64,000 nt of DNA from Abditibacteriaceae bacterium (GTDB lineage Bacteria > Armatimonadota > Abditibacteriia > Abditibacteriales > Abditibacteriaceae): positions 544,001-608,000 of the forward strand of contig OZ255721.1 of NCBI GenBank assembly GCA_965277285.1. The letters are read 5' to 3'. A model generated the notes under the pieces. That model saw only the letters and a list, made by a program, of their open reading frames with translations. It did not search any database and was not told where the DNA came from. Positions 52,801-61,078 of the stretch are shown here, piece by piece (position 1 is the first letter of the stretch; each line of letters begins with the position of its first letter). The translations under genes were made by a program, and so were the position numbers.

Positions 52801-55020
52801 ATCGGCGCGCGCCGCAAAACGCGAGCGTCCGCTGGTTATGCCAATCGCCAGGTCACAAGCGGCAAAGGCAGCGCCCGCATCCGGCGAATCGGACGCAAAA
52901 GCAACGCGATCTCCATCCGCCTGCATTTCGCGGATCGCCGCCACTGCGCCACTTTCGGCACCCGATTCGGGCTGATGTTCCGAAGCCGCGGGCAACGTTT
53001 CCCCACCTAGGCGGTGCGCAATGGCTGCAATGGATTTTTGCTGCGCGTGCGGTGTCGCTGCGTCGGCGAACAACACCAATTTGACGCCGTGACGCTGGCA
53101 AGTCTCGACCAATTCGCGCGTTGACGCGGACAACTTGGGGCGCAACACAAAAAGAGCCAGCGGCTGCGCGCTTCTGTCCGAGCGCAATACCAGTTCATAT
53201 TCGCCTGATTGGATGCGATGAGAAGACGGAATATCGGCGGGTTGAGCCTCGCCCAATGTGTATCGAGTACTCGATACCGTGGCGGACGCGATTCCGCCCT
53301 GCGCCTTGAAGCTGCCGTTTTGCGCGGGCGCACGATTGGCGGCGGGAAACACACCGCCCCACGGCGTTCCACTGGCGGCGGCGATGCCAGCGGCCAGCGA
53401 AAGCAGTTCCGCAGCGTCACCTTTTTTGTCCAGCAAAATGATGCGCGATAGTTCCAATCCGTCGCAAAGAATGCGCGCTCCGTCCATCAACAGCCAGTCG
53501 AAACGGCGCAGAGGCCGTCCAAGGCGTGTTCCGACAACCGTCACGCCGCCGCGCAAGACGCGCGCTGAAGCCGCCGTATTCGCACCTTCGCTACCGATGA
53601 GCGCCGCGCGCGGGTTCAACAGCAAAAGCGATTCAAAGGCGCGAGCAGGTGACAGCGTAAAAACGCCGGTTAAGGCGGCATAGCCCAATGACAGCGGCCC
53701 CAGCAGGCGCGAGTAACGATGTTCGAGTGCTTCGCGCGGCGGAACCGGACGCGCCTGCGGCTCGAAAGCCGAGCCAGCTTGCGGCAACAACGTGAACGGC
53801 CCGCCCTGCAATCGTTCGCCCGACTCGATGCGCGACTTCGGCCCGATCGGATGCGGCAATCCGTTGCGCCCGATGGCGTGACCTTCGCCTTCCTGCAAAA
53901 TTCCGCTCAGTGGCGCGCGCTCGCCCGCTTCCATGCGGAAAGGTTCGCCGGCGCGCGCTTCGGGCAAAATATCGGTTTTTTCGCGGTAGGTTTTCCAGGC
54001 GGCGCGGCGCGACAAAACTTCGGTCAGCAAGCCCGCGGCTTCCACACCTGCCAGCGTCAAACCGAGAGGGCTGCCCGCAAAAGTGAGCGAAACGATGTTG
54101 GCGCCATTGAAAAGCAAATCGGCGTTGTGCGTTCCCAGCAAGCGGCGCGCGCCATTGCGAAAGGCGGGAAATCCTTGCACGATGCCGATGGCGCCGCTGA
54201 CCTGCGAAGCCGTGCCCGCACCCGGCAAACTTCCCGTCGCGCCCGCCGCCTGACGCGCCGCCAGAACGCCCAATCCAAGTGTTGCAGCGGCTGTACGTGT
54301 CGCGCTTTGCACCAGCGGCGCCGGATCAAGCGGGTAAGCGGGCCTGTCCTCGCCGGGCAATTCCGGCATTTCAATGTCGGCGACCTGCGCGATCAGGTCG
54401 GCTAATTCAGTCTGATACTCGTTGAATTCGACCAGCACGCGCCCCGTCAGCGGATTGGCGCGCGCTTTGACGCCAGGCGTGCGCTCCAAATGCTCTTCAA
54501 CGCGCTTTGCCACCGCCGGGTCTCGATCCAGCCCACGAACCGCGATGCGCGCTCGTCCCCGTTTTGGACTGGCGACGCTTGCCCTTGCGTCGTTTCGAGT
54601 ACTCGAATCAATTGGCGGCGCAGGTACCGTTTCGCTGATGGCTGGCGGTGGCATTGGATCAGGCTGATTTTTGGGCGCGGGTTCGGTTTTTCCAGTCGGG
54701 CTTTGCAACGGCAATCCCGAAGGCAATTCTGATGGCAAGTTGCGCCAAACGCGGCGCACACCGGAAAGCAAGTCATCGGCGCCCGTCAGGGCCGGATCAT
54801 ATTTCAGCAGGACGTTTCCCGTGACAGCATTGGCCTCGGCGCTTTTTACACCGGGCAAAGCGCGCAGATGCGCCTCGATTTCACGCCGCCCGCGACCCGA
54901 CCAGGCACCCAGACTGAAGCGCACTCGTCCGCGCAAGGCGTGAATAGTTTGTGGCTCGAACGTATCGGGCGCGGCAGCGGAAATAGTGACAGATGGCGAG
55001 GCAATAGCGAGAGATGTCAT
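49834..55020 (-). CDS. Giant (about 1728 aa) cation-transporting P-type ATPase, CtpH/CtpI-like, with N-terminal HMA2-like domains and a degenerate first ATPase module
   Basis: C-half TGES, VPEGLP, DKTGTLT, TGDHP, TGDGVNDAPAL, VNLITD; N-terminal GRVRF...ANAVTGNVLLKYD and ANPLTGRVLVEF; middle part retains AFAACDLAIG without DKTGT; start at ATG 55020 assumed. Confidence 0.88.
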   Translation of the reverse strand: MTSLAIASPSVTISAAAPDTFEPQTIHALRGRVRFSLGAWSGRGRREIEAHLRALPGVKSAEANAVTGNVLLKYDPALTGADDLLSGVRRVWRNLPSELPSGLPLQSPTGKTEPAPKNQPDPMPPPAISETVPAPPIDSSTRNDARASVASPKRGRARIAVRGLDRDPAVAKRVEEHLERTPGVKARANPLTGRVLVEFNEYQTELADLIAQVADIEMPELPGEDRPAYPLDPAPLVQSATRTAAATLGLGVLAARQAAGATGSLPGAGTASQVSGAIGIVQGFPAFRNGARRLLGTHNADLLFNGANIVSLTFAGSPLGLTLAGVEAAGLLTEVLSRRAAWKTYREKTDILPEARAGEPFRMEAGERAPLSGILQEGEGHAIGRNGLPHPIGPKSRIESGERLQGGPFTLLPQAGSAFEPQARPVPPREALEHRYSRLLGPLSLGYAALTGVFTLSPARAFESLLLLNPRAALIGSEGANTAASARVLRGGVTVVGTRLGRPLRRFDWLLMDGARILCDGLELSRIILLDKKGDAAELLSLAAGIAAASGTPWGGVFPAANRAPAQNGSFKAQGGIASATVSSTRYTLGEAQPADIPSSHRIQSGEYELVLRSDRSAQPLALFVLRPKLSASTRELVETCQRHGVKLVLFADAATPHAQQKSIAAIAHRLGGETLPAASEHQPESGAESGAVAAIREMQADGDRVAFASDSPDAGAAFAACDLAIGITSGRSRFAARADVLAPDAGAIAAIIEAGARRDLASRDGVAFSLIANVVGLLWGWRGGTGLARASRAVYVAALAALGSAWWRENGGERAYSMLARVVDPRPEKWARRSLRDVLHALDTTRRGLTEGRAQERLRTLPPPVSMQQHGWRENLLLQLRSPLNGVLLLGGALSFVVGGTIEAALIGGTILFNSAIGAWQQGQANRAAQALEQMSSPQVRVLRDGEPKIVSSREVVPGDVMLLASGDRVGADARVLEAQSLEVDEAALTGESLPVTKTPDGADDNNRILLEGSDVTTGAGQAVVVAVGRNTRMGAMAAAMAVGEDGTSPLDQRLNAMLRQSLPWSIGAGVLVTVSALLRGQTLISQAALGASVAVSAVPEGLPLLAKMGEAAVAKRLSGHNAVVRRLSAVESLGRVDVACTDKTGTLTQGKLALSVVADAQSQASLPAPGSEENVVLPPHLLQVLECAGLASPHPDAPDAAAHPTDVSVTQGALRAGLGEAIRIQREAESPFDPVRGFHASQNGVRLCVKGATEALIARCDRVRRQEHDEPLDDAGREALSQRSQELASQGLRVLMVAQGDSTSFTDSEQQKDAVSDPRGLVALGFVGISDPLRENVPQAVQRCHAAGVRVIMLTGDHPATARAIAREAGLFDWHDGNQSEVSEEERILTGSELAELVNGELDAALERAVVVARATPLDKVRIVESLQRKGHTVAMTGDGVNDAPALRLADVGVAMGRGGTEVARQAADVVLSDDDFSTLVEALVEGRSFWRNIRRALGLLIGGNLGELSLQVGASLIGLTPPLTTTQVLAVNLITDVLPAVAVALQGPESRNLSSLSREGTAAFDAPLRSDVLRRGGSTAIPSILVYILSSAVGGQAQGRSVAFISIVATQLAQTLDAGRTEGGITRPVMSAVVGSLSLLGVALATPGLRDLFALVIPTPVSWALIGAGVLASVALSRTLPTLGSGVETNALPQLAAPATATVPSSLALPPPALPPGRVLLALPA

Positions 55021-55258
55021 CGGGAATTGGGGAAATATCAACGGCAAAGACGCTAAAGAAACAGGCGAGACAAATACCTGTGCGACTTTGTGTGAAAAGC
55101 AGCGACACGTTTTATGGAGTTCGATTATCTTGCTCAATCTCGATCTTTGAGATGTGATAACCAAACATCATAAAGCGTGTCGCTGTGAGGTTTGACGACG
55201 TTTTTGGTCAGAGGAATCGCGTATCGAGTACTCGATATGCGGAAGAGAATCGAGTGTT

Positions 55259-55609
55259 TTAACTGCGGCGAAGGCTTTGGGCTTCGGCCCAGACATCTTC
55301 GGCTTCTTCGCGGACGCGCGAGGCGAAACGTAGCAGGTTGTGTCCGGCTTCGGCCACGAAACGTCCGGTGCGCTCGCCCCATTCATCGACTTTGGCTTCG
55401 GCGCGCTGCATCCGCTCCGACTGGAGCCATTCTTCTTCGATTTCGGTCGCTTCGCTTTCGGCTTCCTGAAAAGCCGAAGTCGCTTCTGCAACTCCGTCTT
55501 CTACGCTTTGCGCGGCCTTGCTTTCCATCGTTTCCGCTTCGCTGGGCGACACGTCAGGCATTTCTTCCGCTGCTGGCGCCTGAACGGTCGAGTGGTTGGA
55601 ATTATCCAT
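55259..55609 (-). CDS. Hypothetical acidic/helical protein
   Basis: SD aaggag; overlaps the upstream gene; C-terminal RVREEAEDVWAEAQSLR. Confidence 0.75.
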   Translation of the reverse strand: MDNSNHSTVQAPAAEEMPDVSPSEAETMESKAAQSVEDGVAEATSAFQEAESEATEIEEEWLQSERMQRAEAKVDEWGERTGRFVAEAGHNLLRFASRVREEAEDVWAEAQSLRRS

Positions 55610-55931
55610 CGGCGTTCTCCTTCGCGGTGCGACGACGACGGCTCCGAGGCGCCTCTTCTTCGACTTCTACACCATCGGTTACGACGATGATGGCGGGCGT
55701 TTCCTCGTCTTCCCCATCCTGCGCCATTTGCGCGGCTTCGTCGTTCGCCTGCTTCATTCCACGTCCCATGCCGCGCGCCATGGATGATGCGGTGTCGCCT
55801 GCCACCATCACGCCCGCCATGCCATAAACGAGACCGCGACGCAACATTTTGCGCAACCTGGGCGAAGCCAAAAGTGCTGTGGCGGCGACCGCTACGCCAA
55901 TTTCCGGTTCAAGATAATCGTCAAGTGCCAT
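55602..55931 (-). CDS. Hypothetical protein, possibly DUF5132-like
   Basis: SD aaggag; EIGVAVAATALLASPRLRKMLRRGLVYGMAGV amphipathic segment; first gene of the ATPase unit. Confidence 0.7.
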   Translation of the reverse strand: MALDDYLEPEIGVAVAATALLASPRLRKMLRRGLVYGMAGVMVAGDTASSMARGMGRGMKQANDEAAQMAQDGEDEETPAIIVVTDGVEVEEEAPRSRRRRTAKENADG

Positions 55932-56160
55932 TTTCGTCTCCTTTGCATTTACTGTGAGCAGGTCAAGACATAACCCAATCTTAAACTGCTTTTATTGTAC
56001 TTTTTACATTACTCGTCCATTCAACGAGTATCTTCTTGACATAACGTTTCCCACTTCACTTTGTCCCTTCGCTCAAAGAGCGCGTTTGGTAGAGCATATT
56101 GCGCGCCGCCAAAGGTTACTGCCGTACATTGTCGCGCCAGGGGAACATTGAAAGGATGCC

Positions 56161-56607
56161 ATGAACACGTCTCGCTCGCGGAACCTTGTTGCCAAGCCTC
56201 TTGCTATCACGCCTTCAATTGCAAAACCTTCTCTTGCCAAGCGGCCTCGCGCGGCCCCGCATCGATGGGTCAGTGCGTGCGTTGAGGAAACACGACAACT
56301 CATTGTCAAGCCGCGTTCGTGGCGCGAATGGATTGAAATTGCTCTCGATGCGCTGGGATTGGTGCCTAGTTGCCTCGTCGTCGCGGAAGCCGCCAGATTC
56401 GGCGTGGCCTTATTGCAGCGCGATTTCAAAACGCTGAGCGGCAGCTTGCTGCGTGCTCTTCCCTTGCAACGATGGCCGTTGGGACGCTTGGGCTTGCTCG
56501 TCCTCAAGATCGTCGACAAAGTCCGTAAATTGCTGGCCGTTGCCCAATTCAGCTCGCGTGTCGCCGTCCGCGCTCAAGCCACGACGCACACTTTCGCTCT
56601 CTCGTAA
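56161..56607 (+). CDS. Hypothetical basic protein
   Basis: 148-aa ORF with SD aagga; no recognised motif. Confidence 0.5.
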   Translation: MNTSRSRNLVAKPLAITPSIAKPSLAKRPRAAPHRWVSACVEETRQLIVKPRSWREWIEIALDALGLVPSCLVVAEAARFGVALLQRDFKTLSGSLLRALPLQRWPLGRLGLLVLKIVDKVRKLLAVAQFSSRVAVRAQATTHTFALS

Positions 56608-56721
56608 TCACTTCGCGCAATACTCGAAACGTGTATCCAAAAATGGTGCGCGTCGTTTGGAAAAGAAGTTAAAGCAAATCGTGAAACTGCTAAACTAAAA
56701 CGGTTTGCAGAGGAGTTTGCT

Positions 56722-58008
56722 TTGACTTCCGTTCTTTCTTCCCCACGTTCCTCCCAACTTTCCGGCGTGCGCACTCATCAATTATCAAATGGCCTGACCA
56801 TCGTCGGCGAAGCCCTGGCCGACAAGCGCGCCGCCGCCTGGACGTTTCTTTTGCCCTCGGGCACCGCGACCGAACCCGACCATAAAGACGGTTTGACCGG
56901 TGTTTTGGAAGCCTTGAGTTATCGCGGCGCCGGACAACGCGACAGCCGCCAACTCAGCGACGCTCTGGATGATCTGGGCGTTGACCGCGGCGGCGGCAGC
57001 GATGTCGAATATACGACGTTTGGCGGCGCCACTCTGGGCGATTATCTCGAAGACGCGCTGCCACTTTACGCCGATATTATTCAGCGCCCGCAGTTTCTAC
57101 AAATCGAGTACTCGAATGACGAATTTGAGGCGCAACGCCAATTGGCTTTGCAATCTTTGGATTCGCTGGAAGATGCGCCGGCGCGCAAAATGTTCGTGCA
57201 ACTGCGTCGCGCTTACTTTTCCGATAATTACGGACGCTCGCCGCTGGGCACGCGCGAAGGTCTGGAATCGTTGACGCTGGACGATTTGCGACACGATCAC
57301 GCGCGGCGTTTTCTGCCGCAAGGCGCGATTTTGGCGGTCGCGGGCGGCATTGATTTCGACAAAATCGTGGCGCGCATCGAAGAATTTTTCGGCGCTTGGA
57401 AAGGCGTGCCACCGACTTTGGGGAAACCGCAGGCGATTGTTGAACCCGTCGTGCAACATATCGCGCAGGAAACTTCGCAGCAGCAAATCGGCGTCGCGTA
57501 TGCCGGTGTTGCGTCCGACGACGAATTTTTCTACGACAGCCGCATTGCGATTTCGGTTCTCAGCGGCGGCATGGGCGCGCGATTGTTCACCGAAGTGCGC
57601 GAAAAACGCGGTTTGGTTTACAGCGTTTCGGCCAGCGCGGGCAGCTTGCGCGGTTGCGGTTTCAACCTTGCGTATGCCGGAACGACGCCCGAACGCAGCC
57701 AGGAAACGCTCGATGTTTTGTTGAACGAACTGCGTCGCATGGCGCAAGGTGTCACCGAAGAAGAAGTCGAACGCGCCAAAATCGGCATGCTGTCGAGCTT
57801 GATTATGCAGGAAGAAAGCTCGCGCGCTCGCACCGGCGCCATCGCGCGCGATCAGTTCATTCTTGGCCGCGTGCGCCCCTTGGACGAAGTAACCGACGCC
57901 ATCAACCGCGTCACACCGCAAAGCATCGCCGCCTTTTACGAAGCGCATCCGCCGCGTGATTTCACAGTCGTGACTTTAGGGCCGCTCGAACTGGTCGTCA
58001 ATGCTTGA
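56722..58008 (+). CDS. M16 (pitrilysin-like) peptidase subunit lacking the HxxEH zinc motif
   Basis: LSNGLTI, GRSPLGT, LSGGMGARLFTEVREKRGLVYSV; GLTGVLEAL in place of GxAHFLEH; TTG start with SD gagga. Confidence 0.88.
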   Translation: MTSVLSSPRSSQLSGVRTHQLSNGLTIVGEALADKRAAAWTFLLPSGTATEPDHKDGLTGVLEALSYRGAGQRDSRQLSDALDDLGVDRGGGSDVEYTTFGGATLGDYLEDALPLYADIIQRPQFLQIEYSNDEFEAQRQLALQSLDSLEDAPARKMFVQLRRAYFSDNYGRSPLGTREGLESLTLDDLRHDHARRFLPQGAILAVAGGIDFDKIVARIEEFFGAWKGVPPTLGKPQAIVEPVVQHIAQETSQQQIGVAYAGVASDDEFFYDSRIAISVLSGGMGARLFTEVREKRGLVYSVSASAGSLRGCGFNLAYAGTTPERSQETLDVLLNELRRMAQGVTEEEVERAKIGMLSSLIMQEESSRARTGAIARDQFILGRVRPLDEVTDAINRVTPQSIAAFYEAHPPRDFTVVTLGPLELVVNA

Positions 58009-58037
58009 CAATCGAGTACTCGATTGTCGTCGAAACT

Positions 58038-58107
58038 GTAGGGGTTTGGCGTGCCAAGCCCTCTGCATAATATGAAAGTAACAAGGTTTGGCACGCCAAA
58101 CCCCTAC
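58038..58107. repeat. GTAG-type REP doublet, preceded by a 22-bp perfect palindrome (58007-58028)
   Basis: gtaggggtttggcgtgccaagccc ... ggtttggcacgccaaacccctac; gacaatcgagtactcgattgtc. Confidence 0.85.
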
Positions 58108-58145
58108 GACTTTGATCGGTCAAAGCTGAGATTCAAACAAGCATT

Positions 58146-59063
58146 ATGGGATATTTATTGGCTGCACTGGTTGGCGGCGTGTTGTTTTTCAATTCGCAGG
58201 CGACGCCCAAGCGCGCGGCGCACGTCATGGAAGACGCGCTGCGTCGCCAATATCCAGGGACGCAAATCAACGTTCAGGTCGAAGGCAAGCGCGGCCTGAA
58301 TGTCATTCATGGCAAGTTCAAAACGGTGCGCCTGCAAATGAGCGGCGGAAGCGGCAACGGACTGAGCGTGTTGCCGATTGCCGCGGTCGCCAAAGCGAAA
58401 AACACCGGTCGCATCGGGCAAATGGCGCTGCAACTGCACGATTTTCAACTGGAAGGTTTGCAAATCGAAAGCGCTGACATAACGTGGAGCGATGTCGTTT
58501 ATGATTTCGATGCGCTGCGCAAAACCAACAAGCTGAACCTGCTGCAAACCGGCCCGGCGAATGCGCACGTCGTGGTTCCCGCCTCGTCGCTGCAAACGCT
58601 GATCGCGCAACGCGTCAAAGACATTCAAAGCCCGAAACTCACTTTGCAAAACGGGCGCGTCATCATCACGGGAACGCGCCCAGCGCCCATTTTTGGCACG
58701 CCTTTGCCCTTCACGATGTCGGCGCGCCCGATTGTGAAAAACGGCACGCAAATCTGGTTGAGCGATCCGCAGGCGAGCATTTCTGGCGTGAATTTACCTG
58801 CGACGATGGTCAACAATTTGGCGCAAGGCTTCAATCCGGTTTATACCTTTACGGTCGGCGAAAAATGGCCGTTTGCGATGAACATCACGCGCTTGAACGC
58901 GCAAAACGACAAGCTCGAACTCTTCGCTGACCTGACGTTTATTCCCGCGGCTGCCACAGCCACGCCACAAAGTACGCCGCAAGTCACACCAACACCGATT
59001 CCAACGCCAACACCTTTGCCAACGCCGAGCGCAACGCCTTCGATGGCCGCGTCGCCCGCTTAA
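58146..59063 (+). CDS. LmeA/DUF2993-like exported protein with Pro/Thr-rich tail
   Basis: N-terminal hydrophobic anchor, VIHGKFKTVRL, beta-rich body, PTPIPTPTP tail. Confidence 0.7.
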   Translation: MGYLLAALVGGVLFFNSQATPKRAAHVMEDALRRQYPGTQINVQVEGKRGLNVIHGKFKTVRLQMSGGSGNGLSVLPIAAVAKAKNTGRIGQMALQLHDFQLEGLQIESADITWSDVVYDFDALRKTNKLNLLQTGPANAHVVVPASSLQTLIAQRVKDIQSPKLTLQNGRVIITGTRPAPIFGTPLPFTMSARPIVKNGTQIWLSDPQASISGVNLPATMVNNLAQGFNPVYTFTVGEKWPFAMNITRLNAQNDKLELFADLTFIPAAATATPQSTPQVTPTPIPTPTPLPTPSATPSMAASPA

Positions 59064-59069
59064 TTTCCC

Positions 59070-60176
59070 ATGAATATCGAATCGAGTACTCAATCGTTGC
59101 GACGCACGTCGCTTTTTGAAACGCACCGCGAAAGTGGCGCGCGCCTGGTGCCATTTGCTGGCTGGGAAATGCCGGTGCAATATGAAGGCGTCATTGCCGA
59201 AGTGAAAACTGTGCGCGCCGCTTGCGGCTTGTTCGATGTCTCGCACATGGGACAACTGCGTTTTGAAGGCGCGGGCGTCACGCAGGCGCTGGACAATATC
59301 GTATCCGCCGATTGGTCGAATGTCGCGCCCGGACGCGCCGCTTACGCGCTGTTGTTGAACGAACAGGGCGGCATCATCGACGACATTATGGGTTATCGCT
59401 TGAGTCCTGATGCGTGGCTGGTCGTTGTCAACGCCAGCCGCGCCGATGTTGACGAAGCGCACTTTCGTCGTTATCTACCATCGGAAATCGAGATGAGCGT
59501 TGGCGGAGAACGCGCGGCGATAATCGCGGTGCAGGGCGCGACTTCCGCCCAAGTTTTACAGCAATTGATTGGCGAAAGTTTGGACGAAGTGGCGTGGCGC
59601 GACGTAATTTTGTTGGGTGGAGGAACCGAAGCGGTTTTGGCGCGCGGCGGCTACACGGGCTGCGACGGCTTTGAACTTATGCTTAATGCGGACGAGGCGC
59701 CGCGCGTGTGGAACGCTTTGTTGAGTTGCGGCGGCGTTCCGTGCGGTCTGGGCGCGCGCGATGTTTTGCGATTGGAAGCCGCGCTGCCGCTTTATGGTCA
59801 CGAACTGCGCGAAGATTGGACGCCGGACGAAAGCGGCGTCGCGTTCGCGGCCAAAAGCGACAAAGCCGAATTTATTGGACGTGATGCATTGGTCGAAAAA
59901 CGCGCGCAGCAAAACAGCGAAACAAAAACGATTCGCGCCTTGAAAATGCAGGGCAAAGCGATTCCACGCGATAGTTATCCAGTACTCGATTCGTCTGGCG
60001 AAGCAATTGGCGAAGTGACTTCCGGCACGCTGTCGCCGACTTTAGGTTGCGGCATTGCGCTGGCGAGCGTGCCGCGCCATTTAGGAATCGGCGATAAAGT
60101 TTTTGTCGAAGTGCGCAACACACAACACGCGGCGACTGTTGTCAAACCGCCGTTTGTGGCACGAGGAAGAAAGTGA
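59070..60176 (+). CDS. gcvT: Glycine cleavage system aminomethyltransferase T
   Basis: FAGWEMPVQY, LFDVSHMG, GYTGCDGFE, GLGARDVLRLEA, VTSGTLSPTL. Confidence 0.96.
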   Translation: MNIESSTQSLRRTSLFETHRESGARLVPFAGWEMPVQYEGVIAEVKTVRAACGLFDVSHMGQLRFEGAGVTQALDNIVSADWSNVAPGRAAYALLLNEQGGIIDDIMGYRLSPDAWLVVVNASRADVDEAHFRRYLPSEIEMSVGGERAAIIAVQGATSAQVLQQLIGESLDEVAWRDVILLGGGTEAVLARGGYTGCDGFELMLNADEAPRVWNALLSCGGVPCGLGARDVLRLEAALPLYGHELREDWTPDESGVAFAAKSDKAEFIGRDALVEKRAQQNSETKTIRALKMQGKAIPRDSYPVLDSSGEAIGEVTSGTLSPTLGCGIALASVPRHLGIGDKVFVEVRNTQHAATVVKPPFVARGRK

Positions 60177-60180
60177 AAAT

Positions 60181-60258
60181 GTAGGGGCGTCAGCTTGCTG
60201 CACCCTTTACTAAGAATCAATAACTCAAATTACGGGCGCAGCAAGCTGACGCCTCTAC
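60181..60258. repeat. GTAG-type REP doublet
   Basis: gtaggggcgtcagcttgctgcaccc ... gggcgcagcaagctgacgcctctac. Confidence 0.8.
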
Positions 60259-60270
60259 GATGGAGCGATT

Positions 60271-60651
60271 ATGAATTATCCCGAAAACTTGAAGTACACG
60301 CGAACCGACGAATGGGTTTTGGTCGAAGGCGAAACGGCGACGGTCGGCATCAGCGATTACGCGCAGCACGAACTGGGCGACATCGTTTATCTGGAATTGC
60401 CTGAAGTCGGCGCGAAAGTTTCGGCTGGCGTTGCCTTTGGCGTTGTCGAATCGGTCAAAGCTGTCTCCGATTTGCTGTCGCCAGTCACGGGCGAAGTCGT
60501 GGAAAGCAACACGCCCGCAACGGAAAATCCTGATGTCATCAACACGGAACCGTATGGCGCAGGCTGGCTCATCAAAGTGAAATTGAGCGCCGATTCGCCG
60601 ACTGAAAACCTCATGACATCCGCCGAATACGCGGGACATCACGCTGCGTAA
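60271..60651 (+). CDS. gcvH: Glycine cleavage system H protein
   Basis: GISDYAQHELGDIVY, VESVKAVSD (lipoyl Lys), INTEPYGAGW. Confidence 0.97.
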   Translation: MNYPENLKYTRTDEWVLVEGETATVGISDYAQHELGDIVYLELPEVGAKVSAGVAFGVVESVKAVSDLLSPVTGEVVESNTPATENPDVINTEPYGAGWLIKVKLSADSPTENLMTSAEYAGHHAA

Positions 60652-60674
60652 ATAGGCAGAGTGTTAAGACAGTT

Positions 60675-61016
60675 TTAGGGATATTTCTCGACGAACTTCT
60701 CGATGGCGTCTGATACTTGCGCAATTTTCTTATTAACATCGTGATCTGTTTCGCTTGGTATCATGTTCAAGATTTCGTCTAAATCTTCTTGCATTTGCTC
60801 GTATTGCGCTTCCTGCTGTGTGCTCAAAAAGCGAGTGTGAAACATCCAGCCGTAGATGCCGCAGGTGACAGAACAGGGAATCTTTCCGCAGTCGCGCTCC
60901 AACGTGATGCGTGCGCCAAAGGGATGTTCGTCATCGCGTAAAATAACACCGTTTCCGCTCCCGCGTTGACCGATACTGGCACCATTATCGAAAGCGAACC
61001 ATTCCATATTCTCCAT
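60675..61016 (-). CDS. Hypothetical protein lying antisense within the gcv cluster
   Basis: 113-aa ORF filling the gcvH-gcvPA spacer; GARITLE..C...ITCGIYGWMFHTRF-like motif (SVTCGIYGWMFHTRF). Confidence 0.72.
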   Translation of the reverse strand: MENMEWFAFDNGASIGQRGSGNGVILRDDEHPFGARITLERDCGKIPCSVTCGIYGWMFHTRFLSTQQEAQYEQMQEDLDEILNMIPSETDHDVNKKIAQVSDAIEKFVEKYP

Positions 61017-61078
61017 TGTACTAAATGCGAGGACGCTATCTTGGGTCGTTCAATTGAGTACTCGATTCTAAATTTCCT

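Noticed and set aside
58980..59070. Glycine riboswitch upstream of gcvT
   Set aside because: Only 6 bp separate gcvT from the upstream CDS, leaving no room for an aptamer
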